Assembly (NCBI GenBank): GCA_010093705.1
Contig: MU006091.1
Location: forward strand, 248,001 to 312,000
Source: Patellaria atrata CBS 101060
Lineage: Eukaryota
DNA length: 64,000 bases
Reading direction: 5' to 3'
Position numbers and translations under genes: made by a program. The notes beneath the pieces were generated by a model. The model searched no databases and was not told the origin of the DNA. It saw nothing but the letters and a program-made list of their open reading frames with translations. Positions 48,841 to 61,529 of this stretch are shown here, piece after piece (the stretch's first letter is position 1; the number at the start of each line of letters is the position of its first letter).

Positions 48841-48897
48841 GGGAGAGAGAGAGAGAGGGAGAGAGAGAGAAAGAGAGAGAAAGATAGAGAGAGAGAA

Positions 48898-48945
<48 letters not shown>
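48841..48945. repeat. (GA)n microsatellite, imperfect
   Basis: Direct reading of the sequence. Confidence 0.95.
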
Positions 48946-48946
<1 letters not shown>

Positions 48947-50559
48947 TCTAGATGATGAGGGAATGGTCTATTGACATCTGTAAGGTACCGATAGCAACCA
49001 AAACCTAATACGCCCCTTGTATGAAATCTACCATCCTTTTATTCCCGTCCCCGTCGCAGTGATATACAAACAAATATCTTACCTTACCTTACCAACGCAA
49101 TACCTTTTGTTATATTTCGAATCCCAAGATAGTCAACCTTACCCATATGTCGGGATTTTGAGGTGGTTGGGTAATCGGAAAGACTCGAAAAAGAGGACTC
49201 TTCAAGGGTAAAAGGATACTTGCTTTGTTGCTTGCTTCATCAGCTTGCACTTGTCGTTTTGTGCTTCAGCTCAACCTATCAACCTGAAACATTTGCTCTT
49301 TTGATTCGCACGAGGGCTCGCGTGGGCAGCAGTAGTCTTGTTCTACTTACATTTATCGAGCTCACGTTACCTCTGTGTTCTGTGTTGCTTGACACCTCTT
49401 TGTGCCAGCTCAAGACAATGTTGCAGAGTACAGTACAGCAGTTCTCTGGGTACGGGACTCGCAACAACTGACAAATATCAACTGGCTCGACTTTATTTCA
49501 GCTCTGATTTTGCTCTCGAATATACCTGTCACACATCTCACTGATTCCATAGAGCTGGGTATACTGTGCTGCAAGTTACCGCCCAATATAATACTACCCT
49601 ATGATATACCTTCATATCCCACCTCCCTCGCGTTTATCGACCCTGGTATCGAAGCGAATAGTTCCATCCACCTTCTGGAAGGCCCGGATTGACGCAGCCC
49701 TGGGAAGCGGAAAGAGACAGAGATCTCTTAACGTAAACTTGATGACTTTTGAGGATATCAGTTCATGGACAGTGTACCTTACTTTTAGAACTACTCGTAC
49801 TGTACCATTACGGGTATATGCTTGTGCGCATGAATAGTTTGCTGGAATGACTCTGGTATCGGAATGTCCAGAGCTTGTCCTACTCTCGTGAAAAGCGATG
49901 CTGTGAATAAATCACTTGTTGGAACTCGTTGGACTTCCACCATGATACTATCCAGATGCGACAAACTGCTCTTTGTCCGTTCGACGTACGCCAGTTGCAA
50001 ATCATCATCTCATCGGAAAAGGCGATGTATTATGGATCATGACGCTGGATCTCGGAATACAAAGATGTCGAACGCGACGTGTGTTCGCGTGTTCAGTCGT
50101 CGTGTTTTGTCTCTCTCCTCGTGTCCTGTCCATCAAACTTTCCCGCCCATCTTCAACCGTTTCCGGATCAGGTCATGATGTTGAGCTTTGTCTGTCCACC
50201 TAACTCCGGTCCTACAGTGCACTCGGTGTTGGTGAAAGACAAACAAATCCAACACTCTTCATTTGGGACCCATCCATCCCATCCTCTAATTTGAACATGA
50301 GCACCATGAAATTGTGGTAGATGCGCTGCAAATAGACAATCGGTGCCAGCAGTCAGCCTCAGGGGTAACGGCGGAATATCCCAACGGTGCCAACGACCAA
50401 GGGGACCTGTGAGAACGTGGAGGATTCTGACGATCCATTTGTAAGTTTAACGCGTCCAGAGCTCCTTTTCCTTGATCGCAATATACTTTTCCATATTCAA
50501 CACACTCTCACGCGCGCCAGCTTTGACCAGTTTCACATTATTCTTCTATTATCCATAGC

Positions 50560-50634
50560 AGCAACAGGGTAACAGGGCAACAGGGCAACAAGACAACACG
50601 GCAACAGGGCAACAAGGCAACACGGCAACAGGGC
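50560..50634. repeat. Imperfect 8-bp tandem repeat (GCAACAGG), about 9 copies
   Basis: gcaacagg/gtaacagg/gcaacaag/gcaacacg units upstream of the F-box gene. Confidence 0.85.
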
Positions 50635-50869
50635 TTCTGCTTATAGTTCTATAGTTCTATCCCATGTCTCGGCGAAATCGGTTGTCACCACCCCGCAGCT
50701 CCCTGCCGCGGGAAGGTCGGTCAGGGGGACGAAAGAAGTAAGTCGTTCACATACATATGAAGATACAGCATCTGTCCCACACCCTGTGTCGCTGCTTCAT
50801 ATTCTCCGCAAATTAATAGAACTGCTCTTAACGATCCATTGACCTTCCCCCAGTCCTCTCTCCGCCGTC

Positions 50870-51750
50870 ATGGGTTTCATGAAGCACTTCCGTTCCAGAT
50901 CGCGCTTGAGAAGCAAAGAGAGCAACGGCAACGTCCAATATCACGCTCCAGTGTACGGCGCAGACTTCACGGCGCGACTACCACCCAATGTGCTCCAGAA
51001 TATCTTTTCCTTCGTGTGTCCCCACGTCCTCGACGAGTCGTACGATGTGAGTGAGAACTCCCCACTCGGGGATGGATGTATGCTATGCGATTTGCGCGAT
51101 CTTTCGAGATGCGCGCTGGTCAGGAAGTCGTGGTATGGAGTGGCTCAGGGTATGCTGTAAGTACAAGGAATCTGGGTGTGCGGCCTTCATCCTTGCTGAT
51201 CTCAATTAGTTATAAGAGCATTCGGATCGATGCCGTACATTATTGCGAACGGGAGGAGTTCTTAGCAGACCAACGCCGCCGAAAATCCCGACATGGAGAC
51301 CCACCAGATGTACCCGCCATACGATTACAATTGCTGTCGAGGACGGTACGCGAAAGACAGCGGATAGCGGAAGCAGTACAGATACTTAAGTTACCATATA
51401 TGACTCGAGAGACCTGCAAGGCGGACCTAGCGCGCACAGTATCTGTGCTACCGAATCTACAATACGTCGACTTGCCCGACGGCTTTTTCACAGGCGATCC
51501 GACATGCCACACACTACGGCAAGAATTACAAGCCAGATGTCCCGACATACGCCGGATGAAGTATGACAGCGGCTCCGAAACATCCTTCGAGATCCTTCAA
51601 CAATACCACTGGCAAATGCTCGAAGTCCTCGAACTCTCCCGTCTACGCGTCGAACCCATCCTTTTCCGCCGCGTACTCGCCTGCCTCCCGACCCTCCACG
51701 AACTCATCCTAACCGACATCCCCTGGCTCTCCGACACCGTCTTCCAACCC
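50870..51750 (+). CDS. F-box protein with LRR-like C-terminal region, 3' end lost in the assembly gap
   Basis: ARLPPNVLQNIFSF...LCDLRDLSRCALVRKSW, then an intron at about 51157-51209, then LRR-like segments LPNLQYVDL, LEVLELSRL and LPTLHELIL. Confidence 0.8.
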
Positions 51751-52701
51751 NNNNNNNNNNNNNNNNNNNNNNNNNNNNNNNNNNNNNNNNNNNNNNNNNN
51801 NNNNNNNNNNNNNNNNNNNNNNNNNNNNNNNNNNNNNNNNNNNNNNNNNNNNNNNNNNNNNNNNNNNNNNNNNNNNNNNNNNNNNNNNNNNNNNNNNNNN
51901 NNNNNNNNNNNNNNNNNNNNNNNNNNNNNNNNNNNNNNNNNNNNNNNNNNNNNNNNNNNNNNNNNNNNNNNNNNNNNNNNNNNNNNNNNNNNNNNNNNNN
52001 NNNNNNNNNNNNNNNNNNNNNNNNNNNNNNNNNNNNNNNNNNNNNNNNNNNNNNNNNNNNNNNNNNNNNNNNNNNNNNNNNNNNNNNNNNNNNNNNNNNN
52101 NNNNNNNNNNNNNNNNNNNNNNNNNNNNNNNNNNNNNNNNNNNNNNNNNNNNNNNNNNNNNNNNNNNNNNNNNNNNNNNNNNNNNNNNNNNNNNNNNNNN
52201 NNNNNNNNNNNNNNNNNNNNNNNNNNNNNNNNNNNNNNNNNNNNNNNNNNNNNNNNNNNNNNNNNNNNNNNNNNNNNNNNNNNNNNNNNNNNNNNNNNNN
52301 NNNNNNNNNNNNNNNNNNNNNNNNNNNNNNNNNNNNNNNNNNNNNNNNNNNNNNNNNNNNNNNNNNNNNNNNNNNNNNNNNNNNNNNNNNNNNNNNNNNN
52401 NNNNNNNNNNNNNNNNNNNNNNNNNNNNNNNNNNNNNNNNNNNNNNNNNNNNNNNNNNNNNNNNNNNNNNNNNNNNNNNNNNNNNNNNNNNNNNNNNNNN
52501 NNNNNNNNNNNNNNNNNNNNNNNNNNNNNNNNNNNNNNNNNNNNNNNNNNNNNNNNNNNNNNNNNNNNNNNNNNNNNNNNNNNNNNNNNNNNNNNNNNNN
52601 NNNNNNNNNNNNNNNNNNNNNNNNNNNNNNNNNNNNNNNNNNNNNNNNNNNNNNNNNNNNNNNNNNNNNNNNNNNNNNNNNNNNNNNNNNNNNNNNNNNN
52701 N
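51751..52701. other. Assembly gap (about 951 N)
   Basis: Run of N. Confidence 1.
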
Positions 52702-53358
52702 TTTCCGTTTTACGTTGTTTGAGGAAGAGTGGGTTATGAGTCTGACCCGATGGCGATATGTGTGGATGCGGATCCGGGACGGGATGATACGGCCGGGGTC
52801 TAAAGGGGTACTTTCTATCATGATATAACCGAACTTTGTATGTAAAGGTATGTATGCCTCTCTGTCTAGGCGGGAACGACACCCTCAACCCGGATGGAGC
52901 CAAATTAGAAGGAACGATGGTACGTGGAGGTACGGAAACAATCCTTCGAGATCATGCAAGTGATTGAGGTGTGTCATGATAAACCTCCAAGCTCAATTAA
53001 TAGACAGATATCATAAGCGGCAAGTGACGGAACGAGTAGGTATAACAAATACAGCTGAATATCATAAGCAGTAAGCGACGGGACAAGCAGCCATCAGAGG
53101 AGTTACAGTTAAGGGGAAAAAAAAAAAAGAAAAAACTTTTCCCTCCTGTACTTCGCAGGGCATGGGATAGTATGGCCACCATGGCATACCGTAGCCGTAC
53201 AAAACCGCTCCGGGTTATATCCTCCTATCCCTCCCGTCCCATGCATATGCCAGCCATACCCACCCACCAAAACCCAAACCCAAACCCAAACCCTCCTTAA
53301 CCCCAAACACCACCTACGCCAACGTAATCTCATCGCCAGTCCTCTCGCCAAACACCCC

Positions 53359-56300
53359 TTAAGCCAACGTAGTCTCATCCCCAGTCCCCTCACTCTCGAC
53401 CTCACTTCTCTCAAACTCACTCATCTCCCGCCTGAGCTGGGCGACCGTCTCATCCTCCTCCTCCTCCTCCTCCTCCACTTCCATGTCCATCTCCTCCATC
53501 TCCCCTTCTTCCCTCTTAACGCGTATCGGGACCTGGACCGTCGTTTCCTCCTCTTCATCCTCTTGCTTCTCCACACGCGTATCCTCCACACGACCACCCA
53601 TCCCCTCAGGCGCACTATCCCCCTCAGTGCCCTCATCCGGCGTCCCCGCATCCGGTGTAGCAGTAACATCCGTAACATCCGCATCCGCATCCCCCGTCTC
53701 CCTCGCAGCCTTAACAACCCTCCCAACAGCAGTAGCAAGTCTCGCAAGCGCATTCCGCGCCGTGGCGTCCGTAGCAACATTCGCCTCCGCAGCCTCGATG
53801 ACGAGAGCGTGGACGTTTTGCGCCAAGGACGGGGTGCAGAGGCGGGTATGCTGGGGTGGGGGGACGTGGAGTTTGGATAGCATGGAGGTGAATTGTTTTT
53901 TGGTTGTTTCTGTTTGGATATGTTAGTTTGGGTTCATGGTAGCTGATTGACTTTTTGGGTTGGGAAAAGGGAACCGTACTATTAACCTGCGGACTCACAA
54001 TCCTCTCCAACAGCTCCTCGGCCAGTATAAGATGAGAATCCGCGTCTCCCTCCTTACCGTTGTCTGAAGTTTCCCCACCGTCGCCGAATCCAACTACCCT
54101 CCGCGGATCCGTCCACTCGACCAACATACCCCCGACAACGCCCAACCCGACCATCCCCTCCATCTCGTCTTCTTCCAAGTCGTCCCTGACGCCGGCGACG
54201 CTGATGACGACTTGCACGGCGACTCTGGCCATGGCTTCCGCGTTCTGCCGCCTCGAGTGGCAGTACACGGGCAGGAAGTAGCTGAGAGCCTGTCTGACGC
54301 CTGGGTTCTCCGCCGTCTCGGGGCTGAAGAAGGCGATGGTGATGTGTTTGAGGATCGAAGCCAGGACATCCGGGTCACGGAGGATATTGAGGAGCATTAG
54401 TTTCGCGAGGGCGGTTGTAGCTGTTAGAGAGACGGAAGGAGACGAGGAGCGGAGGGCACGAAGGAGGGATTTGGTTATTGGTTTGAGGAAGGGGGAGGGT
54501 TGCTCTGATGCCGTTTCTGTTGTGTCTTGTGCGGTTGTGGTGGTGAGATTTGAAGAGGGGATGGGAGAGAGGAGGGAGGGGTGTTGGGATAGGATGTCTG
54601 AGATTATTTGTAGGGCGATCATTTGGAGTGCGTCGTGGCCTTTGGTGAAGCAGTGGAGGAAGAGGGAGAGATTTTCTTCAGCTAGGTTCTTGCTGAGTAG
54701 ACAGCACAGTCCGAGACAAAGGAGGCCGCGCTCGCGGATTGGGGCTTCTTGACTCCGTACAGCTGGGACCACGAGGTTGTTGAGCATGGTTACTAGATGG
54801 GAGTTTGCTTCGAGGTCGCAGGAGACATTCTGGAGCATGCATTGTGCGATGTGGAGGCATTTCATGTTGACCATGATTTCTCTGATCGCCTTCTCCTCAT
54901 CTATGGCTTCGTATTCGCTTTCGTCGACATCTGATTTTGACTTTTTGCTCCTCTTCTCCTTGGTTAGAGTGAGGTCCTCGCTCAGTTCCGATTGCGCGGA
55001 GTGAAAACTGTCGTCTCCCTCTTCTTCCAATTGGGAGGGCTCCTCGCCAATAATGGTATCATGCACTTCTGCTACGGCTTCAAGTACGATGCCGCAGAAC
55101 TCGCGTTCCCCGGCGGCATTGCTCCCGCAGACGGTTCGTAAAACCTCAACCGCAAGCTTGGTGCATTCTTCTGGGAGCTCGGCAATAGCGAGTGCTTCGC
55201 GCATGACGGAGAACATCATTCTTCTGCCCACTTCATCCGAGTAGTCGAGGGTGAGGGCAATATGGAGGAGTTGCTCGACGCAAAATTCCTGCTGTACGGT
55301 GTCTTCCTCTACTTCGACGTCCTCTTGGAGTGCTACTTTGCGAACGTCTTCGATGAGGACGTTGAGATGTTTCTGGAGTAGATATGCGAACTTCGTGACT
55401 TCGGGCATCTTATCTTCTACCATACCTTGGAGCTTGGTATTCTCACCCTGGCGGCAGTAATCGTTGAATGTTCGTGCGATAAAGATGCCTTCCGGTGTCA
55501 ACTCGTCCCAGAAGGAGTCGGGGAAGGAGACGTAGTCGCAGTAATCGGGTCTTCCGTCCCAGAACTGCTTCATGGCCTCAAACGCCACACCACCTTCTAC
55601 ACCAGAGTTCACCACATCAATACGTTCGAGCAGCTCGAGCAAGGCGTCTAAGCTTGGTTTTGAGACCTGGGGTCCCGGATTTGCGCATTCTTCGGCTGCT
55701 TCTTTCAGCCCAGCGCAGTCCTCGATCCATCTTTCTCGAAAGAGGCGTGCGGTAGCCTTACGGACATTCTCATCGCGATCTCGAAGACCCCATCTAAGGA
55801 GTTTCTCCCTATGTGTAAGGGATAAATGTCTAAAGTCTCCCAGAGCCGGAAGAAGACGAGCATAGAGTGCCCTACGGGTGGCGGGATCAAAGTCTCGCGC
55901 TCGCTCTAACAGGAACGGAAGCGTTGAAGGTGTAAAAGGTAAGTTCAAGAGTAAAGATCGGCGCACATCAGCGCTAGGATCATTCTGTAATACGTCTAAC
56001 AGTTTCTCAAGAACTCCACCTGAATCTTCATCATCACTGTCTTCGTCTTCATTCTCTTCACCTTCACCCGCGAGGCGGCCGAGACCTAGGATGGCTTGAA
56101 CTCGTACACTACTCTCCTTGTCTCTGAGTCGTCTTAATAACCCCAATCTTACAAGGCCGAACAATTCATCGTCGATAGAGTCTAGTGTGTTTACAATATG
56201 GGCGATTATCTGCGTCGCTCGGAACCGTACTGTCTTATCTTTAGCCAGTAAGAGTGGTAGAATCATCGTGATGATATGAGATGTCAATCGTGTAGCAGGT

Positions 56301-56800
56301 GTTTCGGGGAATGCATCGGTGGTATCCGCATCATCTGTCTGTATGAGAGCACTATCTTTATCACTTGCGTGCTTCAAAAACAGCCCCAGAAACCGCACAA
56401 CCTTATCCCCAACCGGTTCACTTTTCTTGACTGGAAGAACTCTGAGCATACATCTTCCAATCTCTTCATTGAACTCAGCTTCTCCGAAGTCCTCCTCTTG
56501 GTGCTTCTTTTTAGGCTTAACAGGTTCATAGCAGCATGCTTCATGAATTTTTCTTAGATTGATGACAAGCTTTCGCTGAATTGCAGTCGATCGTTGCGTA
56601 TCTGTAAATATAGAAGATATCTGGTTTCGTAGTGATGTATCAGGACCTTCATCAGGTATATCGACCGCATGCGCGGAGGTGCGGGTTGAGGATGCGCGTG
56701 TCTTCAGACCTTCCTTGGAAGATTTTCGCGAGACCGCAGAAGCATCGGAGCGTCTTGCAGCTTCACGGCGCGCCGCTCGTATAGAGACTCGTCCTGGCAT
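53359..56800 (-). CDS. YCG1: Condensin HEAT subunit CAP-G (Ycg1/Cnd3), 2 exons
   Basis: AKDKTVRFRATQ, RLRDKESSVRVQA, LQNDPSADVRR, LLRWGLRDRDENV, LDYSDEVGRR and RQALSYFLPVY. Intron 53910-53979 joins an acidic terminal exon. Confidence 0.92.
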
Positions 56801-56992
56801 TTTCCTGGTATGGTATTGGATAATGGTGGGTGTTGCTGCTGCATGTTTATGTTATAGAAGCGGGATGTAAACAATACCAAGAAAAGATTCTGCCGTCTGA
56901 CACCGCTTTTCAATGCCGCGGACATCGCGATATTGCGCCATCTCAAAAAATCAGTGGACGAAAACTTTCAAGACCTTAAAAACATTTTCAAA

Positions 56993-58194
56993 ATGTTCAA
57001 ATCTGTAACTAGAGGCGCTACTCAGATTGCGTCTCGAGTATCAATGTCTTCTTTATCCGAGCAGTCGGCTCGATTTCTACATATAAAAGAGGTCTCAAAA
57101 GCTCAAGGCATAGGACAAGATGGCTTCATCAGCGGTAATAGTTGATTGAACCGGTTACTACATGGATGCAACGACTGACGTATTGAATCCGAATAGCCAT
57201 TGGAAAGACTCCTTTGATCAAGCTGAAAAAGCTATCTGAAGAAACTGGCTGCGAAGTACTAGGCAAAGCAGAATTTCAAAACCCCGGTGGATCCGTCAAG
57301 GACCGCGCAGCCCTCTTCGTGGTTGAAGATGCTGAGAGACGTGGTCAATTGAGACCTGGTGGTACAGTTATTGAGGGTACTGCTGGTAATACTGGAATTG
57401 GCCTTGCACATGTATGCCGATCGAAAGGATACAAGCTTGTCATCTATATGCCAAACACCCAGTCACAGGGAAAAATAGATTTATTGCGGCTTCTAGGTGC
57501 TGAGGTCTTCCCTGTTCCCGCCGTAGCATTCGACAACCCGCAAAACTATAATCATCAGGCGAAGAGGCATGCTGAAAATCTTGATAACGCTGTTTGGACG
57601 AATCAATTCGATAATGTTGCAAACAGACAAGCGCATATAGAAACAACCGGCCCTGAGATCTGGTATCAGACGGAAGGAAAGGTCGATGCCTTTACCTGCT
57701 CAACAGGGACCGCTGGGACATTAGCAGGCGTGACACGGTACCTTAAGGAGATATCAGATGGACGAGTGAAGTCGTTCCTTGCAGATCCTCCCGGTTCCGT
57801 ACTACATTCCTACATCCAAAGTGGCGGCAAGCTCATCGAAAGATCTGGCTCATCAATTACTGAAGGTATCGGTCAAGGGCGTATAACCGACAATCTAAAA
57901 CCGGATCTCGATCTATTGGACGGCTCATTACACATAAGCGATGAAAAGTCTATCGCCATGGTCTATCGATGCTTAGATGAAGATGGTTTGTATCTTGGTG
58001 CCAGCTCTTGCTTGAATGTTGTGGCTGCAAAGGAGGTAGCAGAAAAACTTGGACCTGGACATACGGTTGTAACAATGCTATGCGACGGTGCATATAGATA
58101 TGCGGATAGACTCTTTTCAAAGAAGTGGTTACAGGAGAAGAATTTGTTAGATGCTATTCCTGAGCATCTCAAGAGATATATCGTCCTACCTTAG
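56993..58194 (+). CDS. cysB: Cysteine synthase (O-acetylserine sulfhydrylase family) with mitochondrial-type presequence, 2 exons
   Basis: [16 protein letters not shown] presequence and intron 57135-57196, then [21 protein letters not shown] (PLP lysine), [20 protein letters not shown] and EGIGQG. Confidence 0.92.
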
Positions 58195-58744
58195 CTGGAG
58201 AAGGTACTTTAACATCTGTCGATTGTATGTCTGGAGGTGAATGCTCACTGTCTTCTCCCTTTTCATTATTTCCAATTCCTCGGTTTGGTATACGCTCAAC
58301 GACCTGACCTCTAGTCTAAAGTACCGATGTATTTCAATACAGGTACAGTTTAGGTATTTGTACAGCTTACAGTTCCTTGTATAATTTTACTTCTTTACGT
58401 ATGGCGAGGTCAGAGTCCAATTTTAAAGCGCCATACAGCACGTTAGGAGTACCAGATCAAGCAAAGGGAGTAAGCTGTTCCATCTTTGTATATAAGTCTT
58501 GAGCAAACAAGAACATATTCATACCCAAATTACTCATAGCGACTGCTGTAAAAGATGGAAAAGTTAGGAAGCAGCGTCTTAGGCAAATTTAGGTCTCAGC
58601 AATAAATCCCTTCGATTGTCTTTTTCAGTTCTTTCGTCTCTCAAACATTCTCTAACACTAGTTACATATTTACGTCTATCGTTATTTTCCCCAGGTAAAA
58701 ATATTCAGAAGTCTATCGTTGTATCTGTCTACATTGGTATCAAA

Positions 58745-59785
58745 ATGCCCTTTCTATGTCTGAGCTTCCAATTCAGCTTTAATCATCCAAGCACTGACTG
58801 CTTTATAGTCCAATCAATTCGGTCTTTACAGCACCAACGGTCTCATGACACGAGCTCTACTACTATCCATCACCCCAGGTCCCGAAGGGGTGCTCGTGTC
58901 TATACGGCAGAACGGTTACATGAAATTCAGGAAGCACCCTACAGAACTCGAACGATCCAGGCTGAGATTACTATCTATCATGCCCGCCTTCGTAACGAAA
59001 ATGACAGAGTTTTATATCCTCTAATTATTAAATTCCTTGCCAATCGCCTAGAACTCTTACGCATTGAATCGAGAAGAATGGACGTAACCCACTATTTCGG
59101 TTTCAATGAAGCTTGCAATCTTCTCCTCTTCGAAACAGCTGCTACCTTTCCGATGTTTCTAAACCCTTTGTGGTTTGAAGCTTTTCGGCCAACGGGCGTT
59201 GTATCCTCGATTAGTCTTCTCGCACACTATGTCTCTCGTATATGCTGGCACCCGATTTCTTACCAACAATGGAACCGATGCTCAAGAGCGATACAACGGA
59301 TACTAGAAATTGTTGATGAGGGCTCGCCAATTACTTTGCGGGCAACGTCTCCCCAACCGCGTATTAATCACCTGTACCGACTCCTACCAGAAGATCCTTC
59401 CTCTCCCTTAGAAAGCGATGAGGTATCAGACAATGGTACCATTTCCAACCTGTACCGTAATGATACAGAACATCATTGTTTATTGATATCTGTCGACGAA
59501 TGGCTTTCTGATCAAGTTATTGAACGTGTTGAAGAGTACGAATCCGAGATCCACATGCTATCTGGCCGATTCCCTATTAACTTTGCTGGTTTTCTCAATT
59601 ATGATGAACCGGTGGAAGTAGTATTGGAGCTGGGACGGCGGTTGTTGACTTATCCGTGGTTATCTGCTCAGCAGAGAAGACAGATAAACTTCTACGTAGA
59701 CCAAGCGTACACCAGAAGGGGCAATCGGCACGGGGACGTTGTAGAAGATTGGGAGAGGAGGGATATGATCAGGAGAAATTGGTAA
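58745..59785 (+). CDS. Hypothetical (orphan-like) protein
   Basis: Open frame over 1 kb from the ATG at 58745, possibly with a 51-nt in-frame intron at 58758-58808. No recognisable motif. Confidence 0.5.
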   Translation: MPFLCLSFQFSFNHPSTDCFIVQSIRSLQHQRSHDTSSTTIHHPRSRRGARVYTAERLHEIQEAPYRTRTIQAEITIYHARLRNENDRVLYPLIIKFLANRLELLRIESRRMDVTHYFGFNEACNLLLFETAATFPMFLNPLWFEAFRPTGVVSSISLLAHYVSRICWHPISYQQWNRCSRAIQRILEIVDEGSPITLRATSPQPRINHLYRLLPEDPSSPLESDEVSDNGTISNLYRNDTEHHCLLISVDEWLSDQVIERVEEYESEIHMLSGRFPINFAGFLNYDEPVEVVLELGRRLLTYPWLSAQQRRQINFYVDQAYTRRGNRHGDVVEDWERRDMIRRNW

Positions 59786-60190
59786 TCGGGTAGTTGTATA
59801 TGCCGTACACATGTTTCGAAGCTAGTGGGCTTGTCCATTCATTTGTTACTAAAGGAAATTCCGTAGTCGATGTGCTTGACATTAATGCAAGCTCTTGTTA
59901 CTCGTAGGCTTCTTGGAACAGATAGGTTTTTCAAATATTGTAACTGTGATCACCACTTACAAGAGAAGAGTGTAAACTCGGTCAAATCCAGAGCAGTGAA
60001 GTATGATGATGCGTAGGTGATGCATGGGTGCTTCAATTCTGCGCTTATGGGCCGTTCCGGCAACCGTATCAGCCCTGAGGAAGTTCTCCATGTCGCGGAT
60101 CATATGGTCTGATGTCTCTACATCTTTCGACAAATTCGCAACCAGCCTCAATTGAATGAAATCTGTTCATCAACTTTTGAAAGAACAATT

Positions 60191-60800
60191 ATGAATACAG
60201 TAAGGGATTTCACTTCTATTGATAAAATCGAACTTCTGCTAACCGTTTGACAACAGCTTAGATCAGTCGGGTTAGGACTTCCGCATTTTCTAACAAGATC
60301 TCCACAACAGTAACGTGAAGTGCTCGACTGATTCCTTCATTGCAGGTACGGTTGGGGCGTCCTAATTCTCGGTACATCTCCTATTATCTCCTGATATCTT
60401 TCTTCCCTATCCACGACCCTTCTTCAACTTCTCTCCTTCAATCCACAGTGCCACCACACACAAACACTAACACCCGTCTCCCACAGCCGGTGGTGGCGCC
60501 TACTACTTCGCAAAAAAGAGCATCAATGCGGATCGCGCCGAACGAGCTGCCGCAGAGCGCGAGCGTAGAGCTCGATGGGAAGACGTCGAATACAACAACC
60601 CTTCACCCGCACGGATGAATCAGCCTGCGACACAGTATTCTCCGAGCTCGGTGTCGCAGGGGGGGAAGAACAAACCACCCAGCGGGGATGTGACGGGTGA
60701 TCCGGCGAAAGAGGCGAGTCAAGATCCGGCACCCAGCGGGGAGAAAGGGTATCAGGCGACAGAGCCGTGGAGGAGTAAGAAGGGGGATAGGTTTTCGTAG
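60191..60800 (+). CDS. Small 120-aa protein with a single TM segment (DUF4748-like), 4 exons including microexons
   Basis: Exons 60191-60199, 60257-60270, 60346-60371 and 60487-60800 total 363 nt and give MNTLRSVGYGWGVLILAGGGAYYFAKKSINADRAER...EPWRSKKGDRFS*. All three introns are GT-AG with branch sites. The family name is from memory. Confidence 0.8.
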
Positions 60801-61224
60801 GATGTTGGAAAGAACAAAAAGAATGATAAGAGACTATGAGACTAAGAGGAAAAGTCATGACATGTTTCTCTTTGATGAGATGATCGAGCTGTATGATAGG
60901 AGGATTTAGAATCAAATCAAAAGTCTGTATATATGTTGAATGCATGATTTGCGTTCAGGGGAAAGAATATCTCAACTCAGGAAGACAATTTCCATTATTG
61001 AAGTAAGTTTGACCATAATACGAAGACTACTAATTGTCCAAGCATCGTCACCCCGCCACCCAAAAGCAAACCATACGCCAACCTAATGCCCATTTCAAGC
61101 GGCCGATTTGGTCTGGCCCTCCTCAAAACGCCAAAAGCGAGGCTATGTCACTCATAGTCATGCAAAATATGCAACAATATCGTTTCCCACGCTCAAAACC
61201 CACATGTTACTCCAAACATTCGCT

Positions 61225-61529
61225 TTATCTTAAACCAGGGACTTGAAATGGCCCAGGTACGAATTTGATAGGAGGCCTACAACCAGAATATGGATCAGTT
61301 CATCTTGCTTTCATAGTACACTAGCACGCGGCGCTCTACCACGCATCTCTCCCTTTAATGGAACCACTTACCGTGTCTTCCAACTCCCGTCCTTCTTCGC
61401 GCTTCGACTCTGCGCAATAGGATATATGAATGGTACTGTCAAGGCACTGACGAGGTATAGTGTACTCGCTGCCTTGAGCATGAAGGAGGGAGGGGTTGGT
61501 CTTGCGGAATAATGCCGCATATTGATCAT
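61225..61529 (-). CDS. Putative small 69-aa hydrophobic protein, 2 exons
   Basis: ATG at 61529 (ACCATG). Exon 61529-61372, intron 61371-61277 (GTAAGT..CTGAT..TAG), exon 61276-61225: MINMRHYSARPTPPSFMLKAASTLYLVSALTVPFIYPIAQSRSAKKDGSWKTRPPIKFVPGPFQVPGLR*. Confidence 0.45.

Noticed and set aside
51076..52903. Long ORFs of 370-548 aa containing X runs
   Set aside because: Their length comes from the N gap. Only the plus-strand F-box exon up to 51750 is supported.
59957..60151. 64-aa minus-strand ORF ending at a GTAAGT-like site
   Set aside because: No true ATG start, it lies immediately upstream of the microexon gene, and no coherent spliced model was found.
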